Source of the DNA: Elusimicrobiota bacterium
GTDB taxonomy: Bacteria > CG03 > SLGR01 > JAGXOG01
Reading direction: 5' to 3'
Length of the DNA: 64,000 nt
NCBI GenBank assembly: GCA_051745145.1
Contig: JBNJDT010000001.1
Span: 32,001 to 96,000 of the forward strand
The translations under genes were made by a program, and so were the position numbers. Numbering within the stretch: position 1 is the stretch's first letter; each line of letters opens with the position of its first letter. Under the pieces are notes generated by a model. That model was given only the letters and a program-made list of their open reading frames with translations, made no database searches and was not told the DNA's origin. Below, piece by piece: positions 47,900-57,447 of the stretch.

Positions 47900-48964
47900 A
47901 TGAAATTTTCACTCTTTGCTTGGGGGGGGATTCTTATTTTTTTGACTTCCTGTAAGTGCTTCCCTTTATCAAATACCCCCCAAATTCAAAAAAAATATCA
48001 ATATTCAAAAATAGACGGGAATATACCAATTATTTACTCTTCTCAATACGATATAACTTTATCGGGTCTTGAAAAACTCCATCCGTTTGACACTCAAAAA
48101 TACAGCAAAAGTAAAAATTATTTAATTAGAAATTCGTCTCTACAGGAAAATCAGTTTTACGTTCCCAGAAAAGCAACCGAAAAAGATATTCTAAAAATAC
48201 ATACCAAGGATTATTTACAGACCCTCAATGATCCTAAAAATATAGCTAAAATTGCTGAGTTGTTTTCTCTGGCTTCACTGCCTATTAGGCAGCTTAAAGA
48301 TGGAATACTAAAACCCATGCTATTTGCTACCGGAGGCACTCTACTGGCAACTGAATTATCATTAGATTACGGATGGTCAATTAATTTATCAGGCGGTTAC
48401 CACCATGCAAAAAAGGATCAGGGCAGCGGTTTTTGTTTTTACAATGATATTTCTATTGCAGTAAAAAAATTATTTGAGAAAAATCCTAAAATTATTGTGT
48501 TAATAATTGATTTAGATGTTCATCAGGGAAACGGAATTGCCGATACTGTTGGTAATATTCCCGGAGTATTTATATTCGATATTTATAACAGGGAAATATT
48601 TCCCAGAGACGAAAAAGCAAAAAAATATATTGATTTTAATTTTCCGGTAAAATCCACCGTTACCGAAAAAGAATATTTAACCATTTTAAAAAAAGAAATA
48701 CCCGAAGCGTTAAAAAGCACAGACCCTGATCTGATAATTTATAATGCCGGTACCGATATATTCGAAAACGATAAAATTGGTAATTTAGATATTTCTTTTG
48801 AAGGCGTAATCAAACGGGACCAGATAGTATTTAATAATGCTCTGGAACAGAAAATCCCCATAACCATGGTCTTATCCGGAGGATACTCTCGGGAAAGCTA
48901 CAGACTAATCGGTAAATCAATAGAAAATATATATAATAAGTGGCCTGAAATTTTTAAATATTGA
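47900..48964 (+). CDS. Zn-dependent histone-deacetylase-family protein (HDAC11-like) with possible lipoprotein signal
   Basis: LHPFD..KY, GGYHHA, GFC.YNDI, DLDVHQGNG, YNAGTD, SGGY; hydrophobic N-terminus ending LTSC. Confidence 0.9.
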   Translation: MKFSLFAWGGILIFLTSCKCFPLSNTPQIQKKYQYSKIDGNIPIIYSSQYDITLSGLEKLHPFDTQKYSKSKNYLIRNSSLQENQFYVPRKATEKDILKIHTKDYLQTLNDPKNIAKIAELFSLASLPIRQLKDGILKPMLFATGGTLLATELSLDYGWSINLSGGYHHAKKDQGSGFCFYNDISIAVKKLFEKNPKIIVLIIDLDVHQGNGIADTVGNIPGVFIFDIYNREIFPRDEKAKKYIDFNFPVKSTVTEKEYLTILKKEIPEALKSTDPDLIIYNAGTDIFENDKIGNLDISFEGVIKRDQIVFNNALEQKIPITMVLSGGYSRESYRLIGKSIENIYNKWPEIFKY

Positions 48965-48969
48965 AAATT

Positions 48970-50166
48970 TTAACTATTACCGCCTCTGTAAATATAAATA
49001 TGGGAAAGTACAAATATCCCCAATGTACTCAAAACAGGGGGCATAGAACTTAAAAGTATATTAAAAGAAGACGATGAGACTATATTTAAATCAGCCGGCC
49101 ATCCCCAAATAACAATACAAATTAAAAAAAATGACCACCTAGGATATTTTTTCTCAAAAGGAATATAACGACTTAATATTATAAGACAGGGAAACAAAAG
49201 AACCTGGTAATTAATCCAGGATAACGGTGAGAGTAAAAGAGAAAGTGAAACAGATTTATTAAATAGATCATCCACAGGACCGGTCCATAACCGCGGATAA
49301 AATACAATGCCTCCTAAAATAACCGCTAAGGTCCATCCCCATTTAGATATATTTAAGGCATAACTTAAGGATATAATAGAGTAATTGCCAATTTTTCCGT
49401 ACCATAGCTGTGAACGAGGTATTATATCAGTTATATAATATAATACTTCCCTGAAACCTATAATATAAAATGAGATTAACAGAAGGCCGACCGTAGCTAT
49501 AGCCGCTTTCAAAAAATTTTTTTTATCCCTGTGCCCTGTCACCGCAAACCAAAGAAATGGAAATAATTTTAAACTCCCAGCTATGCCCCACAAAAAATTA
49601 CCGGTAAAGTTTTTTTTATTGCGCAGTTTATACCATCCCAAAACCCCAAACAATACAATCCACATTTCCATATGATTTCTCTTAAGTAAAAATAGAAAGG
49701 GTGCTGATCCTAAAAATATAATAGAAATAATAACAGATAATTTCTTAGAATACCCCATTTCTCTTGCCGTAAAAGTTAAAAGTCCCAATAATAATAGTAC
49801 AGAAAAAACTGCAAACATTATCCAGGACACTTTATATGGAAAAAGGGACAGGGGGCTTACAAAAATTATTCCGGTTGGCGGGATGGACGGATACAGGTCA
49901 TACTCCCAGCCGAGTTCTTCATAAACATCTTTTTTCAAATCCTCATACATAGCTTCACCTGAAAATAATCTTTGGGCGGGAAAATAATAGTTGGGATAGT
50001 CTTCCGGGTCCGTACCATTAAGCGTTTTAGGAAATTCCCGAACAGAATACCCAAAAAAAGTTATAAGGGAAATCAAAGCAATTACAATACCCAGCCAAAA
50101 AGGAAAACTGTTTTTTTTAGCTCTTCCCTTTTCCCTTACATTTTTGTTTACATCACTGGCATTCAT
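48970..50166 (-). CDS. Glycosyltransferase family 87 (DUF2029)-like membrane protein
   Basis: DY..YY, YPSIPP, LKLFP, NYS, SPLSW..Y. Confidence 0.8.
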   Translation of the reverse strand: MNASDVNKNVREKGRAKKNSFPFWLGIVIALISLITFFGYSVREFPKTLNGTDPEDYPNYYFPAQRLFSGEAMYEDLKKDVYEELGWEYDLYPSIPPTGIIFVSPLSLFPYKVSWIMFAVFSVLLLLGLLTFTAREMGYSKKLSVIISIIFLGSAPFLFLLKRNHMEMWIVLFGVLGWYKLRNKKNFTGNFLWGIAGSLKLFPFLWFAVTGHRDKKNFLKAAIATVGLLLISFYIIGFREVLYYITDIIPRSQLWYGKIGNYSIISLSYALNISKWGWTLAVILGGIVFYPRLWTGPVDDLFNKSVSLSLLLSPLSWINYQVLLFPCLIILSRYIPFEKKYPRWSFFLICIVIWGWPADLNIVSSSSFNILLSSMPPVLSTLGIFVLSHIYIYRGGNS

Positions 50167-50304
50167 ATAAATAAATTAAAATACCTCTAATATTCGTCTA
50201 TTCTACTAAATAAGAAGTTATAACCGGATTATACATATAACTCTTTTTAATTATAAAAATAAAAATATATATTAAAATTTTACATACCCCGCAATTTTAC
50301 TTTT

Positions 50305-51744
50305 TTACTTTTTTTCTAAAAGAATGAATAAACCTTTTTTATTCTTTGCCGTAATTTCCCAGTTATTTTCAATTAATTTTTTATAAAGCGGGGAATTATA
50401 AGTAGGCACTATTTCCTTTATTATACTGTAATCAAATTCTCTTTTATCAGGATTTATTAATAAAACTGCGTCAGTGTTATATTTATCAAGAATTTTTTTC
50501 CAATTATTTTCGGCTGACAAAACTGTTAAATATTCGTGAAATAAATTTAAAGAATAAATCTCAAGTCGACTATCTATAAAAACTTTTTTTCCAGTAATAA
50601 AATGCACCCAGCCGCCCAGTTCATAATAAGTAAAAACATTGAAATTCTGTTTTGTTTTCAATCTTCTGTTTATTTTAGGAGATAAAGGATATTTACCGGC
50701 AAGTGCATATTTTTTAGAATTATCCCCTACTTTAAAAAATACAATAATAAATAACATTCCCAATATTATAAAATTTATTATCGTTTTTCTGTTTTTTTTA
50801 ACCTGATGCATCTTAATTTTAATTTTTTTAAAAACCGGGATTTCAAAATTTATAAATATTAAAAAACTGCTGATTAAAACTAAGTGATAATGCCTTATTG
50901 CAGAATAGAAAAGTAACATAGATGCCATAAAGAGTAAAGTTTTCGGTAAAGTCTCCTCTTTTTTATATTTCAAATATCTATAAAATATTAACCCTGCCAT
51001 TATGAGTATTGAAAGCCTCATAAAAACCGGCGGCGTAGCCCACTCCCTTAAATATAAATTATGTCTATTCTGTAGAATAAACTGAAAAGGCACCCCAAGC
51101 AGCTTTATTCCATATGGATTAATTAATAGAAGTATTATAGTAAAAAATAATAGGCTAAAATGGGTCCGTAATTTTTTATACTGTTTAATTCTGATATATT
51201 CAATTGCAAAAATAGCCCAGATAATAATACCCAGTACCCAGCCGCCGTGCAGATTAAACCATCCCCACATTATTATAGGAAAAGCATAATTGAATTTATT
51301 TTCACTTTGAAAGAGCCAAAAAACAAATATAAAAAGAAAATTAGTTAGGATATAAGGGCGGGTATACCAAAACTGGTTAAAACCTAACAGTATCACTGCA
51401 AATAATATTACACCGTATAATTGATATAAGTTTTTTTTATTTATCAGGGAGAATAATATTATCCAGATCCCCGCCATGACCAAACCCCGAAATAAATAGA
51501 GTCCCTGAAAACCACTAACTTTGTAAATTAGATAAAATAAAGTTGAACCCAGCCATGAATGAGCAATCCATTTTTTTTTGTAATTTGTATAAGTAAATGT
51601 ATCTTCCTTGGGCACTTCACCCTCAGAATATACCTGTTTTCCGATAGATAGATGCCACCAGATGTCAGTTTCATTATTAAATTGTTTGACACTTAAAAAA
51701 GAGATACACACTAAAATAAAGAGTAGCGGGGGTATTTTATTCAT
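50305..51744 (-). CDS. Polytopic GT-C-like membrane protein (paralog 2)
   Basis: DIWWHLSIG, DTFTYT, HSWL, RP, WFNLHGG, NPYG, EW, YELGGW, FIDSRLEIY. Confidence 0.7.
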   Translation of the reverse strand: MNKIPPLLFILVCISFLSVKQFNNETDIWWHLSIGKQVYSEGEVPKEDTFTYTNYKKKWIAHSWLGSTLFYLIYKVSGFQGLYLFRGLVMAGIWIILFSLINKKNLYQLYGVILFAVILLGFNQFWYTRPYILTNFLFIFVFWLFQSENKFNYAFPIIMWGWFNLHGGWVLGIIIWAIFAIEYIRIKQYKKLRTHFSLLFFTIILLLINPYGIKLLGVPFQFILQNRHNLYLREWATPPVFMRLSILIMAGLIFYRYLKYKKEETLPKTLLFMASMLLFYSAIRHYHLVLISSFLIFINFEIPVFKKIKIKMHQVKKNRKTIINFIILGMLFIIVFFKVGDNSKKYALAGKYPLSPKINRRLKTKQNFNVFTYYELGGWVHFITGKKVFIDSRLEIYSLNLFHEYLTVLSAENNWKKILDKYNTDAVLLINPDKREFDYSIIKEIVPTYNSPLYKKLIENNWEITAKNKKGLFILLEKK

Positions 51745-51760
51745 AAATACAAACGTATTT

Positions 51761-52471
51761 TTATTTTTCCCCTACCACAAGCATTGAATTGCCAAAATTA
51801 AAATTTAAAATATTATCTACAATTTTAAGTACCGGTAAAAACTTATCAAAGAATATAATCTGAAAAGTAGATATTTTTTGCTTCTTCCTGATTTTACTGT
51901 TTAAAAACCATCCAAAAGCTCCCACTCTGTTAAAATACTGAAAGTGTTTTATCTTAAATCCGGCTTTGTTTACTTTATTAATTAAATCTTTTTTTTCATA
52001 CCTTCTGCAATGCCCCACATTCTCGTCAATGCTTCCAAATAACAGCTCATGGCTGGGTACAATAATTATTATATTGCCTTTCTGTTCCGTTAATTTATAC
52101 ATATTTGCCAGGGCTCGCTCATCCTGTTTAATATGTTCTAAAATATTTACGCAGAGTATAGATTTAAATTGAGTATTTATTTTAGCTAAAATTTGCGGGT
52201 TACTTATATCGCAATTTATTAGTTCAATATCAGGAAAATCAAGTTTCATATATTTTAGATATTTTTCATTAATATCAACTGCAGTAACTTCCCGGTTGCG
52301 ATTTAAATACTGTGTTAAATTACCTATGCCGCAACCAATTTCAAGTACATTTGTATTGCTGAGAAATGGTTCAATTTTTTTAAAAAGCCAGTTATTATAA
52401 TTACTGCACAATGCCATTAATCTTAAAGTTATATAACTTATCTTTTCTTTTTTTCCTATTTTTTTATTCAT
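51761..52471 (-). CDS. Class I SAM-dependent methyltransferase
   Basis: VLEIGCGIG, NILEHI, D..VGH.RRY. Confidence 0.9.
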   Translation of the reverse strand: MNKKIGKKEKISYITLRLMALCSNYNNWLFKKIEPFLSNTNVLEIGCGIGNLTQYLNRNREVTAVDINEKYLKYMKLDFPDIELINCDISNPQILAKINTQFKSILCVNILEHIKQDERALANMYKLTEQKGNIIIIVPSHELLFGSIDENVGHCRRYEKKDLINKVNKAGFKIKHFQYFNRVGAFGWFLNSKIRKKQKISTFQIIFFDKFLPVLKIVDNILNFNFGNSMLVVGEK

Positions 52472-52527
52472 TTATTAACCTTATTAAATATTCAATCTCA
52501 TTTCTATTTTCAGCAACAAGATTTACC

Positions 52528-53253
52528 CTAACAATTATAGTGTCCTAATAAATTTTTAATTTTTATTTTTATAAGTTCATATCCTATAAAAACAGAATCT
52601 TTAAACGGTGATAATTTTGTTTCAAAGCTATTTTTCCAGACAATGGGGACCTCTTTAATTTTATAACCTTTTTTTTGCGAAATAAATAAAATTTCCGGGT
52701 CAAAACCAAAACCGCAAACAGTCTGACAGGAAAAAACATCTTTAGCTACTTCCCGTTTAAAAAGTTTAAACCCACACTGAGAATCTCTTATACCGGGTAA
52801 TAACATTATTCTAACCAGCAGCCCAAAAAGTTTTCCCATTTTATCCCGGAAAAAATTTTGAGGAACTATTTTTTCCGATCCTGCAAGGCCCCGGGAACCT
52901 ATTGCAATATCATATTCTTTTTGAGTTATCTCCTTCTCTAATTTTTCATATTCTTCTATTGGAGTAGAAAGGTCAGCATCAGAAAATAAGATTAATTTCC
53001 CCCTGGCTTTAAGCATCCCCCACTTAACGGCGGCTCCTTTTCCACGATTCTTGAAAAAAGAATGAATTTTTAACGGTATATTAGTATTAAAATTTTTAAC
53101 TTTATTTACCGTTTGATCTTTTGACCCGTCGTCCACAATTATTATCTCAGTTTTAATACCCCGCCGGTCAATATAATCACTGATTCTATTTAAAGCTTTT
53201 ATAATTCGGTTTTCTTCATTATAACACGGGATAACTATTGACAGTTCAGTCAT
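52528..53253 (-). CDS. GT2 polyprenol-phosphate glycosyltransferase (Dol-P-Glc synthase-like)
   Basis: SIVIPCYNEE, VDDGSKD, NRGKG.AV, DADLSTP, IGSR, DSQCGFK, FGFDPE. Confidence 0.92.
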   Translation of the reverse strand: MTELSIVIPCYNEENRIIKALNRISDYIDRRGIKTEIIIVDDGSKDQTVNKVKNFNTNIPLKIHSFFKNRGKGAAVKWGMLKARGKLILFSDADLSTPIEEYEKLEKEITQKEYDIAIGSRGLAGSEKIVPQNFFRDKMGKLFGLLVRIMLLPGIRDSQCGFKLFKREVAKDVFSCQTVCGFGFDPEILFISQKKGYKIKEVPIVWKNSFETKLSPFKDSVFIGYELIKIKIKNLLGHYNC

Positions 53254-53270
53254 TTATTTTAACCTCTCCT

Positions 53271-54779
53271 TTAATTCTTCCTCTTAAATAGAATTCCAGC
53301 CCGGCCGGATAATATTTTTTCCCAGTTTTTAGCATCTCGTAAAATTTCTATAATATACTCATTTTTATTTCTATTTAATATAACTGTTTTTACATCATAT
53401 TTATCAAGGACTTCTTCCCAGCCTGCTTTCCCCTCATAAACTATCCAGTAATCACTCCATATATCTTTTGGAACTATATGCATTCTCGTACCAAAAAAAG
53501 GACTGTAATCGGGCCAGAGCCGCCATATGATATAACTACCCCAGTCACTGTAATTAAAAATATTTCCCGGCAAAGTATGTTTCTCCATATAATCGGCAAC
53601 TTCCACCGGCTGCTGACGGGGATCTATAAAATATTTCATTCTGCTACCGGGTAGTTTTTTTCTGAAGTAAGGAGAAAATATTATTACAGAACCTAACATA
53701 CAAAGCAAAATTATTCCATTAATATAACTATTACCCTTATCTTCTCCGGCTTTTAAAAAATATAATTTACTGTCTGAGGTAAGAGAATCAATAATTGATT
53801 GGAAATGGCGGGCAAATACAGCGGAAAATATAATCCCCCACCAGATAACCATCCTCAGGTGCAGTAAACTCTGATAAGTAAAAAATAAAAATAAAATTAT
53901 CTCTTCAATTTTTATCTTTGTATTACTTTTCAATACTGTGCCAAACCCGGCGAGCAGGGAAATATAAAAGATAAGCCCGGTTGGGGTATTAATAGTCAAA
54001 GGAAGCCATTCTGCGGACCGATATGACGCCTTATCCATAGTGTTGAAAACACTTTCCCATATCCGTATTCCGTAGGGATTTAAAAGAGTAGCTAAAGATA
54101 CCGCAGCTAACAAAATAAAAAGAGACTGGATTTTTTTATCAAATATAATTTTTGTTAAAGTTTTTTTATTTAAATATATTTTTATGCTTTTTGAAACCAA
54201 AAATATCCCGATTAAGCCAATACCCGCCGGGAAACTATTGTGTAAATTTGCCCATAAAACCATAAGGAGAAAAAATATCCCGACCTGAGATTTTTTGATT
54301 TTTTGACCGGCATACAAAAATGAAAAATAATAAATGAAAATCGGCAGTACAAACAACTGGGGCCGCAAATTCCAGTTAGTTAACCCGGTAAGTATGTACA
54401 TAAACGAGAACAAAAAGCAGACTTTATAATTAATATTCACACGAAGCAGTAGTTTTATAAATATATATAACGAAAGTAACAGAATGAAAGCATTTAACAG
54501 GATAAGAATTTCCTTACCCCCGGCAGAGTGAAACACTGCCAGTACAACTTGAGAAAGCCAGCCGTGGTTAATATATTCCATGCCCGATAAAGTATGTGTG
54601 AATATATCTTGAGATAATACAGCCCCGTTTTCAATCATCACTTCCCCCATGCGAATATAATAACCTAAATCCTCCGGGGCTAAATAAGAACTAAAAACAC
54701 CGATTAGCACAATAAAAAATGGGGTTGTATAGTAAAGTTTTTTAAGAGAGAAAAAAGATAAAAACTTTTCTTTTCTCAT
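53271..54779 (-). CDS. Polytopic GT-C-like membrane protein (paralog 3)
   Basis: EDLGYYIRMG, DIFTHT, HGWL, RPQ, WANLH, NPYG, EW, SDWGSY; start probably ATG 54779. Confidence 0.7.
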   Translation of the reverse strand: MRKEKFLSFFSLKKLYYTTPFFIVLIGVFSSYLAPEDLGYYIRMGEVMIENGAVLSQDIFTHTLSGMEYINHGWLSQVVLAVFHSAGGKEILILLNAFILLLSLYIFIKLLLRVNINYKVCFLFSFMYILTGLTNWNLRPQLFVLPIFIYYFSFLYAGQKIKKSQVGIFFLLMVLWANLHNSFPAGIGLIGIFLVSKSIKIYLNKKTLTKIIFDKKIQSLFILLAAVSLATLLNPYGIRIWESVFNTMDKASYRSAEWLPLTINTPTGLIFYISLLAGFGTVLKSNTKIKIEEIILFLFFTYQSLLHLRMVIWWGIIFSAVFARHFQSIIDSLTSDSKLYFLKAGEDKGNSYINGIILLCMLGSVIIFSPYFRKKLPGSRMKYFIDPRQQPVEVADYMEKHTLPGNIFNYSDWGSYIIWRLWPDYSPFFGTRMHIVPKDIWSDYWIVYEGKAGWEEVLDKYDVKTVILNRNKNEYIIEILRDAKNWEKILSGRAGILFKRKN

Positions 54780-54919
54780 AATTACAATATATCCCAAGCA
54801 GAAGGTTTTATTTGGACAAAGGCTGGAATACTCAATATTATAATTTTCATTTTGGCGGGAAGTTTATAAATGCAGCTGAATTTTTAAAAATGGTAAAAAT
54901 ATAAAATCAGTTAGCTTTT

Positions 54920-55570
54920 TTAGGGGTGTTCATTTGTATCGGTCCAGTAAATAGGCATAAAAGTATCTATGGGCAACATATGTATAGCCATCCTGTTCAT
55001 CCAGGTTGAATTAGCTACGTAGTTTTCAGCGCCTAATTCATTCTCTCCGTCGCCCATCCACTCTTCCTCCCATTCCGGACCGCTGACCCCCATCCATCCC
55101 ATACCTTCAGTAAAAAAATCCCAGACCTTATATTTATAAGTCATCCGGCAGTGGGCATAATTAGGTCCTAATGGCGACACATCCATATCAAGCATAGCAA
55201 GCATAGGTTCCATTCTAATCTGTAAATCCACCAGCAGTTGCATTATAGTAAACCCCCCAAAAACCATACCATTCCCCTCACCGGTTTCCACCTCCACTAT
55301 TTCTACCTGTTCGTTATCTATATATTTGCCCAACCACTCTTGAGCTAAATCATTGGCTTTTGACTCCATTGAACTCGCATCCGCATCGTCATCATATACC
55401 GGTTCCCAGGCTGCCGCCCTGGAAATATTCTCAATCGTCACATCAGTTATAAACCACTGTCCGAACCACCATATTCCCATAAGTACAAGAAAATATAGAG
55501 GTGAGACCATCAATAACTCTAACATAGACTGACCTTTTTGATTTTTTATTATTTTTCTAAAAAAATTCAT
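54920..55570 (-). CDS. TadE-like minor pilin
   Basis: KGQSMLELL plus hydrophobic helix and SRAAAW; ATG 55570 overlaps the upstream stop (TAATG). Confidence 0.8.
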   Translation of the reverse strand: MNFFRKIIKNQKGQSMLELLMVSPLYFLVLMGIWWFGQWFITDVTIENISRAAAWEPVYDDDADASSMESKANDLAQEWLGKYIDNEQVEIVEVETGEGNGMVFGGFTIMQLLVDLQIRMEPMLAMLDMDVSPLGPNYAHCRMTYKYKVWDFFTEGMGWMGVSGPEWEEEWMGDGENELGAENYVANSTWMNRMAIHMLPIDTFMPIYWTDTNEHP

Positions 55571-56586
55571 TAATCCGGCTCCACTAATTTTGCTCTCCAT
55601 CCCCCGCCTTTGGCCGCATCATAGTACGAATATATAGGATCCGAGGTACTGCAGCTGTCATTGGGCGTTGTAGTAGTAAACATGGGCCCGTCGCCTTTAT
55701 CGCCTACTTCGGTATTATATACTACCGCCCTGGACTCTGAAGTTACCCATCCAACATTGTCTTCACCGAATATATTTCCAAAAAATTCCGTATTTTTACT
55801 AACTTCCCAGGTCTGTGACAAACTGTCTTTAAAAGCCTCTTCATCTTCTATATAAGCCCAACTGTCTAAATTGTCCGGGACAATTTCTTTTCCAATAGCC
55901 GGCCAATACTCGCAGCACTGACAGCTCGGCGGACTGCCGCAGGGCTCGCACATTACCTTGGTGGGATAAATCTTTATATCAAGTTCTTCCCGGGACAAAT
56001 TTAAACCATCCCATTCTGTTGCCTGAATATATACATCTCCGACAGGGAACCTTGACATTATAAAAGGCATAATTCCGCTGAACTGGTCTTCTTCAACTGA
56101 TCTTAAAGTTCTCAGGGCAGCCCTCCGGGCCAACGCCTGGCCGTACCCCCTCATGGGGTCATCAGTTTCAGCATCCATTAAACTATCTATCATGGGGGTT
56201 ATCGTATCGACGGCATCTTTTATATTTTCAGCTCTGGTATCGTTAGTATCCTTACAGCTGCATCCACAAATCTGACCGTCAAATGGCCATACAAATTTAG
56301 GAGAAAAATAAGAATCCAGTGAAAGTTTGACCGCAAGCTGACCGCTCAAGGCCCCTATTAAATTAAGAACTCTGGCCCGGGCCACTGCCCCGGTTAGAGC
56401 AGCGTTATCCGCTGCATTACCAACCTGAATTCTATTTCTCACTAACATCCCCACGTTTATCATGGTATACCAGAATAATACCAGCGAGAATATAGAAAAA
56501 GCACCGATTATTAACATCTGACCCCGACAATCCCGTTTAAGATCTTTCAGTTTACTTACAAATTTTTCATTTATTTTTCTAAGCAT
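55570..56586 (-). CDS. TadG-like pilin-related protein, Cys-rich
   Basis: RGQMLII, TM helix, NAADNAALTGA. Confidence 0.8.
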   Translation of the reverse strand: MLRKINEKFVSKLKDLKRDCRGQMLIIGAFSIFSLVLFWYTMINVGMLVRNRIQVGNAADNAALTGAVARARVLNLIGALSGQLAVKLSLDSYFSPKFVWPFDGQICGCSCKDTNDTRAENIKDAVDTITPMIDSLMDAETDDPMRGYGQALARRAALRTLRSVEEDQFSGIMPFIMSRFPVGDVYIQATEWDGLNLSREELDIKIYPTKVMCEPCGSPPSCQCCEYWPAIGKEIVPDNLDSWAYIEDEEAFKDSLSQTWEVSKNTEFFGNIFGEDNVGWVTSESRAVVYNTEVGDKGDGPMFTTTTPNDSCSTSDPIYSYYDAAKGGGWRAKLVEPD

Positions 56587-56605
56587 TTTATTTTTCCCTC
56601 ATATT

Positions 56606-57148
56606 TTAATACGGAGTATCGGCATCGTATTCATCACCGCCATCCCATGTCTGGGGCATTTCCGCTATAGCGCTCTGCTGGATGGTTCCTAATGGATTAT
56701 TAAACATTACATCATCCATACCCCCGGTTACCATACTGGGACCTGAAAAAGGCATTGATAATTTATTGGGATGGGGGAAAAACGGTAGTTGTTTCCATAA
56801 ATAGTTCTGGCCCATTTCTACTTCCACCTGGTCGCTGTTATCATCCACCTGTTCAACAGAGCCCATCATGGGCAATATACCTCCCATACCCGGATGCTTT
56901 GCGAACATATTTTTAATATCGCTTCCAAAACCAAATGTATAGCCGTTATAGTCGTCAAGCACCTTCACCTGATTTGCTCTGGCTCCCCGATGCGCTGCAA
57001 GAATGGTAAGCAGCTTCCCGGTAACAAGCAACCCTATCTGCAAAGTCCCAAGAATTAAACTTATCATAAGCATAGTTGAAAATATAGTTTCAACCATTGC
57101 CTGACCGCTGTTTTTCAGTTTTTTAACTTTTTTATCTATCACGGCCAT
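56606..57148 (-). CDS. TadE-like minor pilin
   Basis: SGQAMVET, hydrophobic helix, AAHRGAR. Confidence 0.85.
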   Translation of the reverse strand: MAVIDKKVKKLKNSGQAMVETIFSTMLMISLILGTLQIGLLVTGKLLTILAAHRGARANQVKVLDDYNGYTFGFGSDIKNMFAKHPGMGGILPMMGSVEQVDDNSDQVEVEMGQNYLWKQLPFFPHPNKLSMPFSGPSMVTGGMDDVMFNNPLGTIQQSAIAEMPQTWDGGDEYDADTPY

Positions 57149-57351
57149 TGTCCTCCATTTGTCATAAACGGCGGTACATACATCATGGGAGTAACGCCTT
57201 TTTTCATATTTTCATAAAAACTCTCGATTGCTGTTTTAAACCCACTGTCTATCCAGACTAAAGAGAGAGCAATAAGTGAGACAACAAGAATATATTCGGT
57301 CATCCCCTGGGCTTCTTCCTCTATGATTAATGCTTTTATAAGTTTAAACAT
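57139..57351 (-). CDS. Fourth, divergent Flp-family pilin
   Basis: EEEAQGMTEYILVVSLIAL; ATG 57351 (the ORF-track TTG at 57399 is the -35 box). Confidence 0.85.
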   Translation of the reverse strand: MFKLIKALIIEEEAQGMTEYILVVSLIALSLVWIDSGFKTAIESFYENMKKGVTPMMYVPPFMTNGGQWP

Positions 57352-57370
57352 TTCTTTTATCCTCAATATA

Positions 57371-57414
57371 ATATTATAATAAAAGCGTTGTTTTGTCAAC
57401 CCTACAAAAGTACT
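57371..57414 (-). promoter_or_regulatory. Minor-pilin operon promoter with the flp operator half-site
   Basis: Minus strand AGTACTTT, 7 nt, TTGACA-17-TAATAT. Confidence 0.7.
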
Positions 57415-57447
57415 ATTTTTAAATCTTCCCTTATGAAATTTAGAGTC

